DNA of 64,000 nt from Chlorokybus atmophyticus (Eukaryota; Plantae; Mesostigma and Chlorokybus algae): assembly GCA_009103225.1 (NCBI GenBank), contig RHPI01000193.1, forward strand, positions 363,531 through 427,530, given 5' to 3'. The notes under the pieces are model-generated. The model had not been told where the DNA came from. It saw nothing but the letters and a program-made list of their open reading frames with translations, and ran no database searches. Below, piece by piece: positions 25,801-39,750 of this stretch (positions are counted from its first letter, which is position 1; the number at the start of each line of letters is the position of its first letter). Made by a program: the position numbers and the translations under genes.

Positions 25801-28361
25801 CAACCAGTTGACTTGCAGCATGCTCCAAAGCGATTCTAGCCTGTTGCTCTTAGTGTTGCTCGGCCGTCACATATTTAACGCCCATTTGGAACAGTGTTCG
25901 ATGGCGCTTCGGCACTGGACTTGAAGTACCGCTAGCCATGCCGCCGCTGCCATCACCATCGCCGTCGTATGCTCAGTTTGCGCAGTTTCCCGCCATTTGC
26001 GGCACAAAGCGCCGATGATTTGAGTTTTCAACAATTTGACCTAACGGTGCCAACAATTTATAACAATTTGTTTATCGCTGCTGAATCCCTAGTTGAAATT
26101 ACAACCTAAGGCATTTGATAATTATTTTACATTGTAATGTATGTGGCAGTGCGGCAATAGATCTTGGCCGTCCAAAGTACATCTAAGGAGTAAAATACAT
26201 GCCAATAAGTGTAATTGTGAGCACAGTATGCACCGTGCGCAGATATGGCCACTTACGGCAGCAGGTTGTTCAACAGTACAAGTTGTATGTGGAATATTTT
26301 GTAACAGTAAATGATATGATAAAATATGTATACAAGGGGGTAGTTCTATTTGATCTAATGCAAGTTTGTTGGATTAACACAGTCTGGTCGCTTGATCCAC
26401 ACACAGGCAACATTAACAGTCCATATCTACTCGTATTGCAATAAGTCAAATGACCATTTCATGTATTATTATATTAAACAGCAATCCACCCCACATCATT
26501 AACTACTGTGTATTTATTACTCCACCGCTGGATGCGTGAGCACTACCATCTGCAATGGACACACTTTAAGCATAGTTGCACGGTACGTAATACGAATACA
26601 CATACGACATGACATAGCCACAAGTATTGTATAGCGTCTTTATACAATGTGCTATTAATGATCATGATTAACTGCATGTATGCAACCATTTCTAAGCCTA
26701 TACACCTCACCACAGCCACCGCGTGCAACGCAACTTCAATAAAGTGTGTACATATACAATACGTGCAGTGCACTTCATTAATTGTAACATGTGAATGCTA
26801 AAAATTTCAATGGCAATAGTAATTCAATGATCAAGTAAGTTTGATTAACGATTGTGTATATTCAATGCAATTTGCAAATCGGATAGTGCCATGCAATTAT
26901 GACTCATAATGAGGTGGCCATCAAAAAGCCACGAGCAATACAACCGGTTGGTTTCAGCAGCATTTAGTACTCTTGTTGACGACACTGATAGAGATGATGT
27001 AGCTTATGAAATTGCGGACAACACGGTTACGATGCACAAGTGCCGGCAGCACGCGCAAATTATTACCAATGTTCACGGTGAATACATATTTGTATCACCA
27101 CGTGTGCGGCTTTTAATCCCATTGCTGCACCTGCACATGCAAACCCCACATTCAGTAGCTACAACATTTGCATACTCACACAAGCGCCGGCTGCGGGTAC
27201 TTGGCATGATGTCTTTAACGCAAGTCAGTATTACATAAATTGCATCCATATTGGTAACCACCGCAATCTTAGCAATGTGTCACAGACAAGTAGCTCGACA
27301 CATCACATGATAATCAATGCACAAAGACAACTACAAATGGATATTCATCACATGAACAATAAAAAACGCACCGCTCACACCCGTGACAATGTATTGTATA
27401 ACTGTTGCAGTATACGTATCATCATACAGTTTTATAATTAATATATAACGTATTGAATAGATGCGCGGTTTACGTCTCAATGGTACTAATATAAAAGCCG
27501 GGAAAAAAAATTCTTAAATAATATATATGTTTAACATACAATGGATGAATGCAGTATACAAACTTCATTATTGTGGCAAAAAAGAATGAGCACAAATTTA
27601 ATAGCACGACGCGAGACGTGTAGTTACATTTCGGGTCCCTGTACTAAAGCAATCAACGTGACAGCACCTTAATGACATTAACAGTGTTTACCATGGCATG
27701 TCATTAATGGCTTGGAAATTGTAATAAATGCATTGCAGTTACATCATGGCGCATGACGTCATGAGACGTCGACGCTCTTACGACAATTCAATTAGGGGTA
27801 CTGCTGTGTGTCTTCGAGAATCGCAGCTTCTGCCATGCCAAATCAGACCTCCCGATCCCGCGATTCCCGCCACTCCCAGCGCGCGACCTGTCCGCCTCGG
27901 TACGCTTCTTGAGCGCGGCAGGTGTCAGCCACCTAGGCAAGCAGCTCAGAGCAGCAGGCATAGGAGCAGCGCGCCGGACCCGTCAGCGTTCTCATCACGT
28001 TGCTGACCGAAAGGGAGAGATCAGCCCGCCAGCTTGGAACTGCCACCCGGTTTAGCAGACCAGAGATTTTACGTCTTGAACTTGAAACAAAGTCACGGTT
28101 CGTCGGCGTAATGGCGTTAGAGTCCACGTAGAAGTTACTTCTGACCGCGAATGTGACGGGGTGGTGCTGACTTAAATGCAAGATGCTGTTGACCGCTGTT
28201 TCTTTGCTACGCAGCAAGCAGGAGGCCGCGGCAGTAATATTGGCGCCTTGAGCAGTTTGAGAGCCAAGACAGTGCTCAGCCTACAGCGTTCAAAACCCTA
28301 GGTCGGCGGTAGTTGGGCGGCGGCGGCGGCGGGGGCAGTAGGGTGATTGTGGAGGTCAACC

Positions 28362-29539
28362 ATGGTGACCGGGGTGATGGAGGTGGCTGGGGCGTCATCT
28401 TCCTCGGTGGTGGTGGTGCGATCGCATGCTGGTCGGAGGATGCTGGCCGCAGTCCGCAGACCACGGTACACTGACTTCTCGTGTGTTTGGGCGTCACGCT
28501 TGCTTGCCAGCTGGCTTATGCAAGCTCGCCCTTTCGTTGCAGCTGTCGGATTGGCTGCTCGGCTGAGTACGAGTCGTCTCGACCGTCAACCAGCCGCAAC
28601 AGCGGCGATCATGCCGTGAGTATGCGCACTGCACGCATTGCGCATGACCTAGGTGTTGGTGCAGGGGCTCAGCAAGTGGTGTTGTAGTCAACAGTTGGTT
28701 TCCCGTTATACTGATATTTGCTTGCTGCAGGTACTGTCGTCGTCTTCTGTGTATGCCAACGACAGGCACATGACCATAGACAGCAGCACAAGCAGCGGGA
28801 GGAGCTCACACAATGTAGTAGATCAGCTTCTGAATGGTGCTAAAGGGCTGCTGACATCGTTTGACGGCGGGGGTGACACTTGGGATGGAGGCGACGGGGA
28901 CAAGGGCGGCCGGCATTTCATGCGGCGTGTAGGCGAGGACGACGGCGGCTTTCACGACCGTCATGAAGAAGATGAGGTTTGTTGCTGTTGAATCAGCAAG
29001 TGTCCGTTGGCAGCTGTTTGCAGGTCGCTGATTGCTTTGCCTTTGCAGAACGACATCTTCACACAATTCTACCGTCACACAAGCAAGGCGCTCGCGACCA
29101 GTGGTGTCCTTGTTGTCCTCCTGGGTGGGATGCGTGCTTGGGTTGCATTGTGCAGACTGCTCGTCAGCAGGCGCTGGTTCAAGGACGAGCAGCTTTCTCC
29201 GGCAATCATGATGCTGCGATTCAAGGTCAGTTATTATGCATATTTGGGCTTGTTCAACACCGCTCCAAGCTGTGTGCATGCTCTGTCATAAATTACGTGT
29301 GCTTAGAATTGCATTGTCGCGTGCAGTTTTGCAACACGGTTCTGCTGTCATTGGACTTTCTTGTGGCGAGTGACGTGGTGGAAACATTGACCAGCCCGCT
29401 TCACAAGCTGGCTGCTCGTGAGCTGACTTCTCTCGCTGCACTCATTCTCATCCGCGCGCTGCTCTCCCATTTGCTGGATTTGGAGATCCGGCACATTGAC
29501 CATCACATGGCTCGGCCTGTCAAGGTGAAGTCACATTAG
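28362..29539 (+). CDS. DUF1622-family small membrane protein with transit-peptide-like N-terminal extension, 5 exons
   Basis: In-phase exons end in ...IMMLRFK/FCNTVLLSLDFLVASDVVETL...ELTSLAALILIRALLSHLLDLEI, matching the DUF1622 pattern (R..LG....LEFL.AADI..T....L..L..IV.IR..L...L..E). Ser/Arg/Ala-rich N-terminus. The last codons could instead be an intron (AAG|GTGAAG). Confidence 0.78.
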
Positions 29540-32470
29540 CTGAATCTACAGCTGTGTACCATACTTGTGCGGCGCCTTGTAGCATAGCAGCATCCTGGCA
29601 CGGTTTTGGTTTGGAACCATGAAGCGGACTGTGCACAGTCCTCGTCAGTTTCGTAGATATATAGAGTTGGGCAGATTCTTTTCCAAATTGTGAGTGGTAG
29701 CCGCAGCTGTGTGGCCCTTCCTGGTTGTTGTGTGTTGTTAGTGATTATTGGCCAGTATACTTGTTGGCTGTGTGCTGTGCGTGCGCATCATATTCTTCTA
29801 AGCTGGTGCATGGGTAATCGCGATTGTTGTCATGGTGCTTACTGGTGCCCCGCATGGTTGGAACAACAGGTTGTGTCCATTAGTAACAGCCTGTGCACAC
29901 CAGCATTGTCAGCAATTTTGCCTTGAGTAGAGCGTAATGCTATCTGACTGTGCCGCCGTCCAGTGGCAACCTGTGCGCATTTGTTGTGTGCAAAGATCAT
30001 AATGTAACACCCCATTATGCATGACGCAGAAGAACGAAGTGTACCCATTGCCTGTAAGCATTCATGGCTTCTTGTGTAGTGGGCATGCAGTTGTTACCAC
30101 CGATAGCTGTTTTGGTTAGGCATGGACATGTTCCTGGACCCTTGCCCGCATTTCTCTAATGTGCCAGTAGTGTTTTTAAAGTTAGCTGACCACAGCCATG
30201 CGGGGATAAAACCACAATCTGCTAACACCAGATTGCTACTCAGCTATGTACCATTGTTACGTGTAGAGAACAACGCTGCCAGGTTTGGGGGTCAACTACG
30301 GGTGTATTGCATGGAAATGGACGGTTGTCCACAACAAATTGCATGTTTCTGCAAGCCCGCATTTGCATGGTGGTAAGAATCATCAAACACCTATACTGTA
30401 ACAACATTATGTCGCAATCAATCCTCGATCATACCTATCAATAATAATGGTTGCTGATGGGTATAGGATTAGGTTGACGCTGTTATAAACATGCATTTTC
30501 ATATCATGCACCACATAGCCCATCACAGGCGCTTGCATGCTACATCCACGACTACCTAGCTATTTCTACCTTCTACTCAACCCCTGCTTCTACCACCTCA
30601 CTGTTACCGTATTTCAACATATACAGGCCCCCCCGTTTATAACACCCTCCATTGATATTTCGGGAGGGGGGGGTCTTGTTTAGCCACCCCCTTTTACACT
30701 CATGTTCCCCTACATCCCCTAATACAACACCCCCTATTGGATTTAAGGGNNNNNNNNNNNNNNNNNNNNNNNNNNNNNNNNNNNNNNNNNNNNNNNNNNN
30801 NNNNNNNNNNNNNNNNNNNNNNNNNNNNNNNNNNNNNNNNNNNNNNNNNNNNNNNNNNNNNNNNNNGCCGTAAACAATGTTCACATTGTTTAGGGCTTTG
30901 TTTTAAGGGGAGGGTTGTATTCGACAATATACGATAGTCATGCATTAGCGGCAGTGGTGATGGTAATCACATGCACAACAACTGTGGTGTGAGCGATGTT
31001 GCCACCATGCCTTCGAGCAATCATGGGGTATTGTATATTTAATACATGGAGAAGGGAATTGCCACAGATCACACCACTCATGCAACACGCGGCACAACAC
31101 ACTCACCTCATTGCTACATACATGACCACAAGATTACCTACTATATTACTACCCCCAATTCAAATGTGCAAATGTACAATATCATACAACAAGCATAATG
31201 GACAAACGGGCTTGCAACATGTAAGAAAGCGACGCAAAACCATATACAATTTGACGAAGGGGTGCATATGGTTTATGGCTCATTAACAATGGGTATGAGG
31301 AGTGTGAGTACATGTTTGTACATGTTGCAATAGAATGTATGTGTGTTGCCAAGATGAGCACCTTGCATTGCAACATTAATTAACAATGAATCAACATTGC
31401 AACATAACGTATTGAATATGCAAGTACATATTTGCATACCGGTTCTTCATTGCGCACACGCATACCGATCATAGATCAACCCATATGCAAGTTTATTGTG
31501 CATGTGCATGTCACGGCGCTCTGTAGCTGGCAGGATGGAATAAGTGTAGAAGCGGAAGTTTGTATTAGTGTTGACTTTTTTAAGTTTGTGAATTGTACTG
31601 CTGCTAAATCTCCTGAGAGTATATTGCCCTCAAGATTGCTTATCGCATACAAATCCATCTTTGTATGCGATAAGTCAGTAGGGCAATATAAATTGTAGAC
31701 AGTGCATTCACGGAATCACGAGTGAATGTGCATCATTTTGATCGACAAAACGTGCACCCGCAAAGCTTGTTCAACAAAATATCTGTGTCAGCTTACTACT
31801 AATGGAGGTGCCTTCGCCTTGACTTTTGTTACCCTGCTGCAGGCATCAGTCTTCAATGGTTCTTTCACTCATCAAGTTGCATGATGCATGCAATTGCATG
31901 CAGCAATGGCAACTGCCAACGATCATGCTCTTGCGCGGGAATTCTGCGCACCAAAGAACGCGCGAAGTACGTTTCGTACGATGGACTGCGTACGGCTGCT
32001 ATGGAAAAAAGAATAAACCAACTTTATGCTAGTGCAGGTTGTTCAGGACTTGGGCGGAGGTGACGCTGTCATTGGGGAGGACTGTGGCAAGCGAGGTGGG
32101 AGGGCCGACCTGTGAGGCATTGCCGTCGTGGCTTGCTTGTCTTCTATTGAGCGTCTGTACAACACATTCTGCCAGGCAGTGTTGTACCTAGTGGGCTGGA
32201 CCTGGAAGTCAATGTAGTGTGCTGGGCTGTTGGTGTGCTAGGGTTTCTTTGTCCAGGCTTGGGGTCAAGCAAGGGCGTACCACCAGGCGAACGCAAGACC
32301 AGGCCAGACTAAGCGGCATCAGGCAGGGCCGGACCAGGCCAGATTGGGCCGGGCCAGGCCATGCGTGCAGGGCAGGCTGCAGGAGAAAGGCAAGCTGCTG
32401 CAGCTGAGCATGCCATGTCCATACGGCATTGAGGTTTGACAGCAGTCAAGCCAGCTGGCGGGCGTCAAAA

Positions 32471-35037
32471 ATGTTCAGCCGGCCGTCCGCCCGGGTGCTG
32501 AGAGTTATTGTGGTGCTGCCTTTTGCGCTGGCGGCTGTGGCATTTGCAGTGCACCTTTCAAGGTTAGGTCATGATGGAATGTTCCTTTCGACAGCATAAG
32601 CGTACAGTTGCGTGCCTGCACACTTCTGCAATGCATGCATTGTGAATGTCGCATGTATTGTCACTGTGATTGAGTGATATAGCCTTCCTCAGGCTCTCCC
32701 TATACTTGACTACTACAATTGTTCGCTTACAACGCGTGAGTAGTGCATCGGCTGTGCCTGCCTCAGCGTGGAAAACTCATGTTGCGTGTACTGGAACAGT
32801 GTGGTGTGTCTTACAACACAGAGCATGCAGCCCTGTTGTTATTTCCAGTGCAAAAGGCACGACATGTGATTGACTCGTATTGGTCGTGGTTCTGGCCCAT
32901 CTTCCTTGGGTTGGATGCCTTATCATTGCATATACTTTATCAACTTGCTTGCTGGGCTGGCTAGTCACTCCTTTGCCCAAGTACATCACAGCTGTATGAT
33001 ACCTTTGCTGAACTGTCTGCATGCAGACGCATGAGCATCATGCGCATAGCGTTTGCATTCACTGTGACAGCCCGGCTGATTCAAGTCAATTGCAGTGGCT
33101 ATGACCCTTTGGAGTCGCAAACAAAGGTCGGCGATCTGTCTAGACTACCCGGCGTGAAGCCGTTTTTCCACAAGGGTCACACCTTGGAAGTCCTTGACCC
33201 ATCGCAACAAGGCGCGCATGCGAGGAAATCCCAGTCTATACTGCCTGAAACGACTGGGCCAATTGTGCGTGTAACACCATTTCATGTGCATCCATGTAGT
33301 CTTTGAAGAGTGGGTGTTTCCGATTGTGCGATGGTGTTGGGTAAATAGTATCTTTCTGATGCCAGGTAGGCATCTCAACAACAACGGCGGCGGGTGCGGA
33401 GCAGGTTGTGCCATGGGTTCACTACCACAGAGGGTTGGGTGTGTCCCATTTTTTCATTTTTGGCAGCGGGAAGGCCATGCTTCCAGAGCATGCAGACTTG
33501 ATTGAGGCTGAAGAGGTACGTCGTGACAGATATGGTGTGTTAACTCACTTGCAAGTAGCTTAGCTTGTATCTGATGCAGGGGGTGCATTTCATCAAGCGC
33601 ACTCCAGAGCTGATAGCCAAACAGAATGAGAGGTGAGTGCGTTGCAGTTATGATGTTGTCACAGTTATGCATATGCTGATTCCTGGCTGGTGTCATTGGC
33701 AGTCGGATCTTAAATGAGTGGTGGCTTGCGCCTTACATGAATAAGCCATGCAATTATCTTCTATCGGTGCACCAAAATCTCAACCTTGAGATGGGCATAC
33801 AAATGGCCAGGGTAAGGCATCATTTATCAGCTCCAATGCACTCAAGTTATGATGATTGATGAATGTTCGCAGACACACAATGTATGTGTACACTACTGCT
33901 TGTGGGTTTTGTGATGTGTGGGCACTTAGTCAGCTTGGCAACGCATTGTACAGGACAACAAAGTAGAGTGGCTGTTTCATATTGACACCGACGAGCTGGT
34001 GTATCCCGCTGGCAGCCCAACCTTTTCCATCCAACGCATGCTGGCGGACATACCGAGCGATGTTGATAATGTTGTTTTTGCTAACTATGAGGCCCTCGCT
34101 GAACGAGATGATGTGCAGGTCAGTTGTACTCTCAGTGAGTGCTACAGCTGCGCTCGTCCATGTGGTTATCGTTCACCCATGAAGAGGCTGTTAACGGCAA
34201 GTTCTGAAATGCAGGAGCCTTTCACGGAGGTCACGTTGTTCAAGAAGAACTATGACCACGTGCTGCGTGATCAGTATTTTGCCAACTATCGCGATGTTGC
34301 CAAGGGCAATCCTAACTACTACTTAACATACGCCAATGGGAAGTCTGTGGCTCGCATTAAAGAAGGTACATATGTTGCGATGGTCACCAATGCAAGTTGT
34401 GTATAGTGCGCGTAAACTGACCTGCAATTGTTGCTCATGGCAGGATTGAGACCTAATGGGGCACACCGGTTTCACAATTACATCAAGCAACCCAAGGAAG
34501 TGCAGCATGACGAGGCCGCCATTCTGCACTATGTATATACCAAGTTCTCAGATCTTACCACCAGAAAAAACAGGTCTGCATGCAAGCCACGCAAATGCAT
34601 TCAACTTGACATATGATGCATCCAACACATCCATTTTACCACATATCAACATCCTGGTGGCTTCCACGACTGATATCATTCGTCCTTGTGTTGTAAGGTG
34701 TGGCTGCAAACCAGTGAAGGAAGAAGCTGAGAAATGCTTCATACTGGAATTTGACAGGCAAGCGTTTCTCAAGGCTTCACTGGAGTCGGAGGCTGAGCTT
34801 TTCAAGTGGTATCAAGAGCATGTGGTGTTTTCTGACCCAAAGGTGGTGCGGAAGTTGATAACGTCAGGCCTGTTTGACCGGATGTACGAGCCGCAAATTG
34901 TTATCAAGAACTCCATGGAGAGAACGCGCGCTTTGAGGGTAGCTGAAGCGGCTGCCAATGCTGCTGAGTTGCTGCCAAGCAACAGCCTGATGCAGCCTAA
35001 CGCCTCGCAAACAAGCAGCTTGAGCACACAAATGTAA
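32471..35037 (+). CDS. KOB1: KOBITO1/ELD1/ABI8-like glycosyltransferase-like protein (type II membrane)
   Basis: Signal anchor [27 protein letters not shown], then [41 protein letters not shown]....KPCNYLL...[64 protein letters not shown] and CGCKP...CF.LEFDR. Reading frame is intact across the splice junctions from 33366 to the stop; the stem-region exons upstream are less certain. Confidence 0.93.
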
Positions 35038-35611
35038 TTTTGTGATGCTTGTGTGCAGATGTGTACTGAAAGTGCTTGTTGTGTTTGACACGCTGCATTG
35101 CGGTCGTGCTGTCGTGTGTCGTGTAATTACCGCCGCCAGCATTTGTGGACAAGAACGTGGTTTCGTTGACCGTTGATGTGCTGACCAAACATCCAACACT
35201 ACAATGAGAGAGTGAGATAATGCGGACATAGCTTTCACTGCATAGATTTCATATGCATTGCTGCTGGTCCTGTGACAAGGATTATGTAAGTCATGAGAAC
35301 CTGCGCAATCAATAAGGCAACTGATAACATGCACATGGCTCGCATGGCACAGTGCAGGCAACGTGCATGTAGGACACTCTACATCTTCTCTACATGCTAT
35401 GTGCATGCAGTGCGGCGTGTGGCACGGCAGTCGTAACACTCTTTGACCGACTTGAAGATTTCATAGGTTGCGCACTGCAGCACGCACGCACATTCACACA
35501 CGGTGTGTGCGTGCCTCTGTATATACAATGTGGTATATGAAGCACACGATACCCTTACGCATCAGGGCACATGCGCGACTGTGGCAGTCAGTGACACGGC
35601 GCGCGCGCGCG

Positions 35612-36087
<476 letters not shown>

Positions 36088-36091
36088 CTAA

Positions 36092-39000
36092 TTAGACTCT
36101 TGTCTCGATGGCGGCATTGATGAGGGCGAGGGGGTCGTCAGCTGCCATGTTGGCGATGCTGTAGTGGAGAAGAATGCTGGTGTACAGAAGTAAGCTCTGA
36201 GCCAGCGGATTATAACAAAAAGTGCCATCTGTGCCGCATTCATAAAGCATTAGCCGCTTGCATCGTGCGTAACAGCTGTCTTGTGCCGTGACAGCTCCCT
36301 TTGCCGTGCAGGTGTGCGTGTGCAAATGCGGATCCGCTGCTTGGCTCAAGGGGAATAAGGTTTGTGCATGCGTTGGGTTCAACAAGTTGTATGCATATAT
36401 GACTGCTGCAGGAGATTCACATTGTCACAATGCAGGGTTCAGAGCTAGTGACGTCATGCCCGCTCACCGCCCTCGTGCAATGTGGATGTCTATGTGGCTG
36501 AATGTGCATGTATGCGTGCGGACACGCAGGAACACTTGCATTATCTGATTATGTACATGCACAGAGTTCTGCTCAGGCGACAGTAGCAGGCGGCTTGTTC
36601 GACAGTGCAATGCAATGCGGGGGCGTGTATGGTAAGCACTCCAATGTGGGCAATGCTTCACGAGCTGTTACTTACACACAAGCCGCAACAATTACTTAGG
36701 TCTCTCGCAGCCAGTTATCTTTGCCACCACCTTCCGTCACCGTCACCTACAGCACTCTCTCCTCCACCGTCTCCTACCCACCAACCTCCTCCCCCGTCCT
36801 CCACATGTCCTCTCCCGCCCCCCCTCAATGAAACACACACACACAGCCAACCAACAGTTTGCCAAAGCACTGACTTGGTAGTGATCTACACTACTTTTTG
36901 CAGATCACCTGGAACCTGTACATACAAGCCTTTCATGATGCGAAGTTTACGCCGATCTTGCGGATTAGGGCGTCCCTTTTGACGGCGCTTGCGTTTGGTT
37001 CGGCTGGCCGCCGGTGCCTGCGCACATGCTACATGTCACCACTACGCAGCCATGTATGGTTGAAGCAGCATAGCCTGTCAAGAACTGTACCTGCACAAGT
37101 GCAGATGTTGTTGTAGCGCTCCTCACTTGCGTGGATATATCCTCCTGTGGTCAGTCATCATCAGCCTGAGTTGCACATGTCCGTTGGGCACAATCGCCTC
37201 AAGCACGCAGAGGTATGCTTGAAGCGGCCCAGCAAGATTCTGTACCTCGGCAAGTGCAGATGTTGTAGCGCTGCTCACTTGCGTGGATCCGTCCACCTGA
37301 GTTTGGTCATCATCAGCCTGCTTGCACACATGTACGATGCACATTTGCAGTGCATGCTTGAAGCGACTAGCATGTCAAGAACTGTACCTGGACAAGTCCA
37401 GACGTTGTAGCGCTTCTCACTTGCGTGGATCCGTCCACCTGTGTTCGGTGCTCATCAGCCCAACTTGCACGCATGGATGATGCACTTAATAGCAGATGGG
37501 CAGGCGCACACCTTCAACGTGCATGTTTCTGTACGGCCACACACAAAGACGCGTCTCTCCCCATTGCTGTTCACCACCACATTGCACATATCACCTGTGT
37601 GCACGCATGCGCATATTGATGGTGTTGAAGCTGCATTTCTTACTGTTGTGCTGCTCACCTCTAGAAGTTAAAGGCTTCATATTCCAGCAATCCCCATGCA
37701 ACCACATTGAACACTTGACGCATTGGATGATGTTTTTCAGTGCACCGCACTTCTCTCGCTTGCAGTAGCAACTGATGATCCGTCCATCTTTATGCTGATA
37801 CACCTGCTCCTCGCTCCACCGGAGCGCACCCACAGCTGCTAAATGCATGAATGCTGCTCGACTGTGCCATGATAGCGGGCCTGTGACACACGCTACATGA
37901 GAAGCAACCCGTTATGCAGTACTGTTAATGTTCAACACACAATGCACTTACCAAGCCTTAATGTCCCTCTGTCATGTGCAGGGTCACGTAGCTTTCTGTT
38001 TTGTGCGCGTGTAATACATGAAGTTGTCGCTACCATCGAATGACCAGTCCACTTTGGTCCTCTTGCCCACCTTCTGAACGACGAGATCAGCTACTTGGGC
38101 GCACGCCTTCTTGAGCATCTTAATCGTCTTGTTAGAGGAGACGTCCATCTGTAAACACTTGTGTCCTTATGCGGCAGATGGCAAACACAGCAACACAAGA
38201 TGATCTAATTGTCAAACATTACACTTTGGCCATATGTGATGTCCATAAAACTTGAATGATCTTCTGCACGAAAGCACTGCAGGAAGTGGCGATTGAACCT
38301 GCAAAGTAATAGTACTGTACCATGCTATGCATATGTGTAGTACGTGAACACTGGACGCACCTTGCCTCTCTGCTAAAGTGATGCTTTTTGGTTGTAATCT
38401 GGTTGTCAAACTCATGCGAATCATGAAGAAAGTGTTTGATAATCTCAACCAATGCCGTGGCGTTCAACACTCTTTGATCGGTCTGAAAAGTTGCCTTTCG
38501 TACATCTTCCACCGAGGCCCACACTGCTGCAGGCCTATTATTGCAACATGTCAACACATGCCAACGTGGTAGTGCGTGCGCATGTGTGTGCATGTGCGCG
38601 CGTGCGTGCGCGCGCAGTTGTTTCTCTCTGTGTGTGCGTGTGCATGCGCGCGTGTTTGTACAACAGTAATACTCACCCAAAGGTGCTGCTTATCAAATAA
38701 TAGATGTCACTCACTTTTTTGCGCCCATTGCCTGCGAACAATTTCTTGTTGAACAACAACTGTGGAAGCCGTATAAGCCTGGCCGCACGTCGACATGTGC
38801 TGAACCAAGTCAACAACTTCGACTCCCACTCTCCCTGCTCAACCTGTGCACACATTCAAGTCAACTTGCATAGCAATCAGTCTCATAGTTTGCTGCTATT
38901 GTTGTCACCTGCATATCAGGTCCCCACTTGGTACACCGCTTGCGAATTGATAACGGCAAAGACACGCCTTCGCTTGCCATAGAGATTGAAATATCGTCGT

Positions 39001-39750
39001 AAATCTTCCAATCCGCAACATTCACTGCGTTGCAGCAGTCCAATAGGACAATAAAACCGCATGCTGCTGATGCCAACTGTAGCACCAGCGACATGCGCGA
39101 AGTTGCAAGGTGTTCTCCGTAAAAGCCACAAGGGTACTGCTCAATATCATATTAAGTATCCACAGCAGCGGCTGTACACAGTACGAACATTAGCAAGGCT
39201 CAACACACCACTGTGCATCAATTGCAGATGACAGGCATGCAATTTACCTGTCCCAAGCATAAACTGCAAAACCACAGCCAAAGTTGTCAAGACTTGACAC
39301 ATAAGATATACACTTTTTGCTGAAGTGTAGCAGCCAGAGAATACAACGCTGCTCTCCATCTCGAGCGGGTAACCTTAGCGCAACGGCGACGTCCGGGTGT
39401 TTCCAACGGATTTATTGTTCGCGGCCTCATACGGCTTGAAACTTCGTTCACCTGACACACCGCGCGCTTGTTACATGCAATTTGGAGTAAACAACCCGCA
39501 TGCAACATGCATACCTGCGCTGTTTGCTGGCATTTCTCTCACACAGGTCGATATGATTTGATAATGTGCGACTCAGATGAAAGCGCTCGGCATATGTTCC
39601 GCGTCATGGCTGTTGCTTCCTGTCCTTCCGGCATCCTGGCACGCACAACACGTACACCACAAGTACGTGTGGGCATGAGCTTGCCTGTACTGAAAACAAT
39701 TGGACTGTACCTGTTTCTGTACAAGTTCAAAGAGTGAGCATTGCACCCAC
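36092..39750 (-). pseudogene. Intron-rich degenerate gene with a PHD-finger-like Cys/His cluster and a basic NLS-like exon, possibly transposon-derived
   Basis: Exon-like blocks bounded by AG/GT include ISCYCKREKCGALKNIIQCVKCSMWLHGDCW (PHD-like, ~37690-37800), MDVSSNKTIKMLKKACAQ..., RFNRHFLQCF, YPCGFYGE...IVLLDCC and RTKRKRRQKGRP. At least one in-frame stop. Exact structure uncertain. Confidence 0.45.
37050..37480 (-). repeat. Three tandem ~150 bp exon+intron units
   Basis: Repeated ctgtacct..caagt.caga.gttgtagcgct.ctcacttgcgtggat. On the minus strand each unit reads cag|ADxx.TQVDGSTQV.SATTS.L.(Q/E)|gtacag; the leftmost copy has a TGA. Confidence 0.85.

Noticed and set aside
33020-33300. KOB1 5' region initially looked frameshifted or pseudogenised
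   Set aside because: The true conserved exons lie at ~33366-33515, 33580-33632 and 33702-33810 and join in phase; the apparent similarity upstream was spurious.
37050-37480. CRISPR-like array
   Set aside because: Units are ~150 bp diverged duplications with splice signals, not identical repeats with unique spacers; eukaryotic context and no cas genes.
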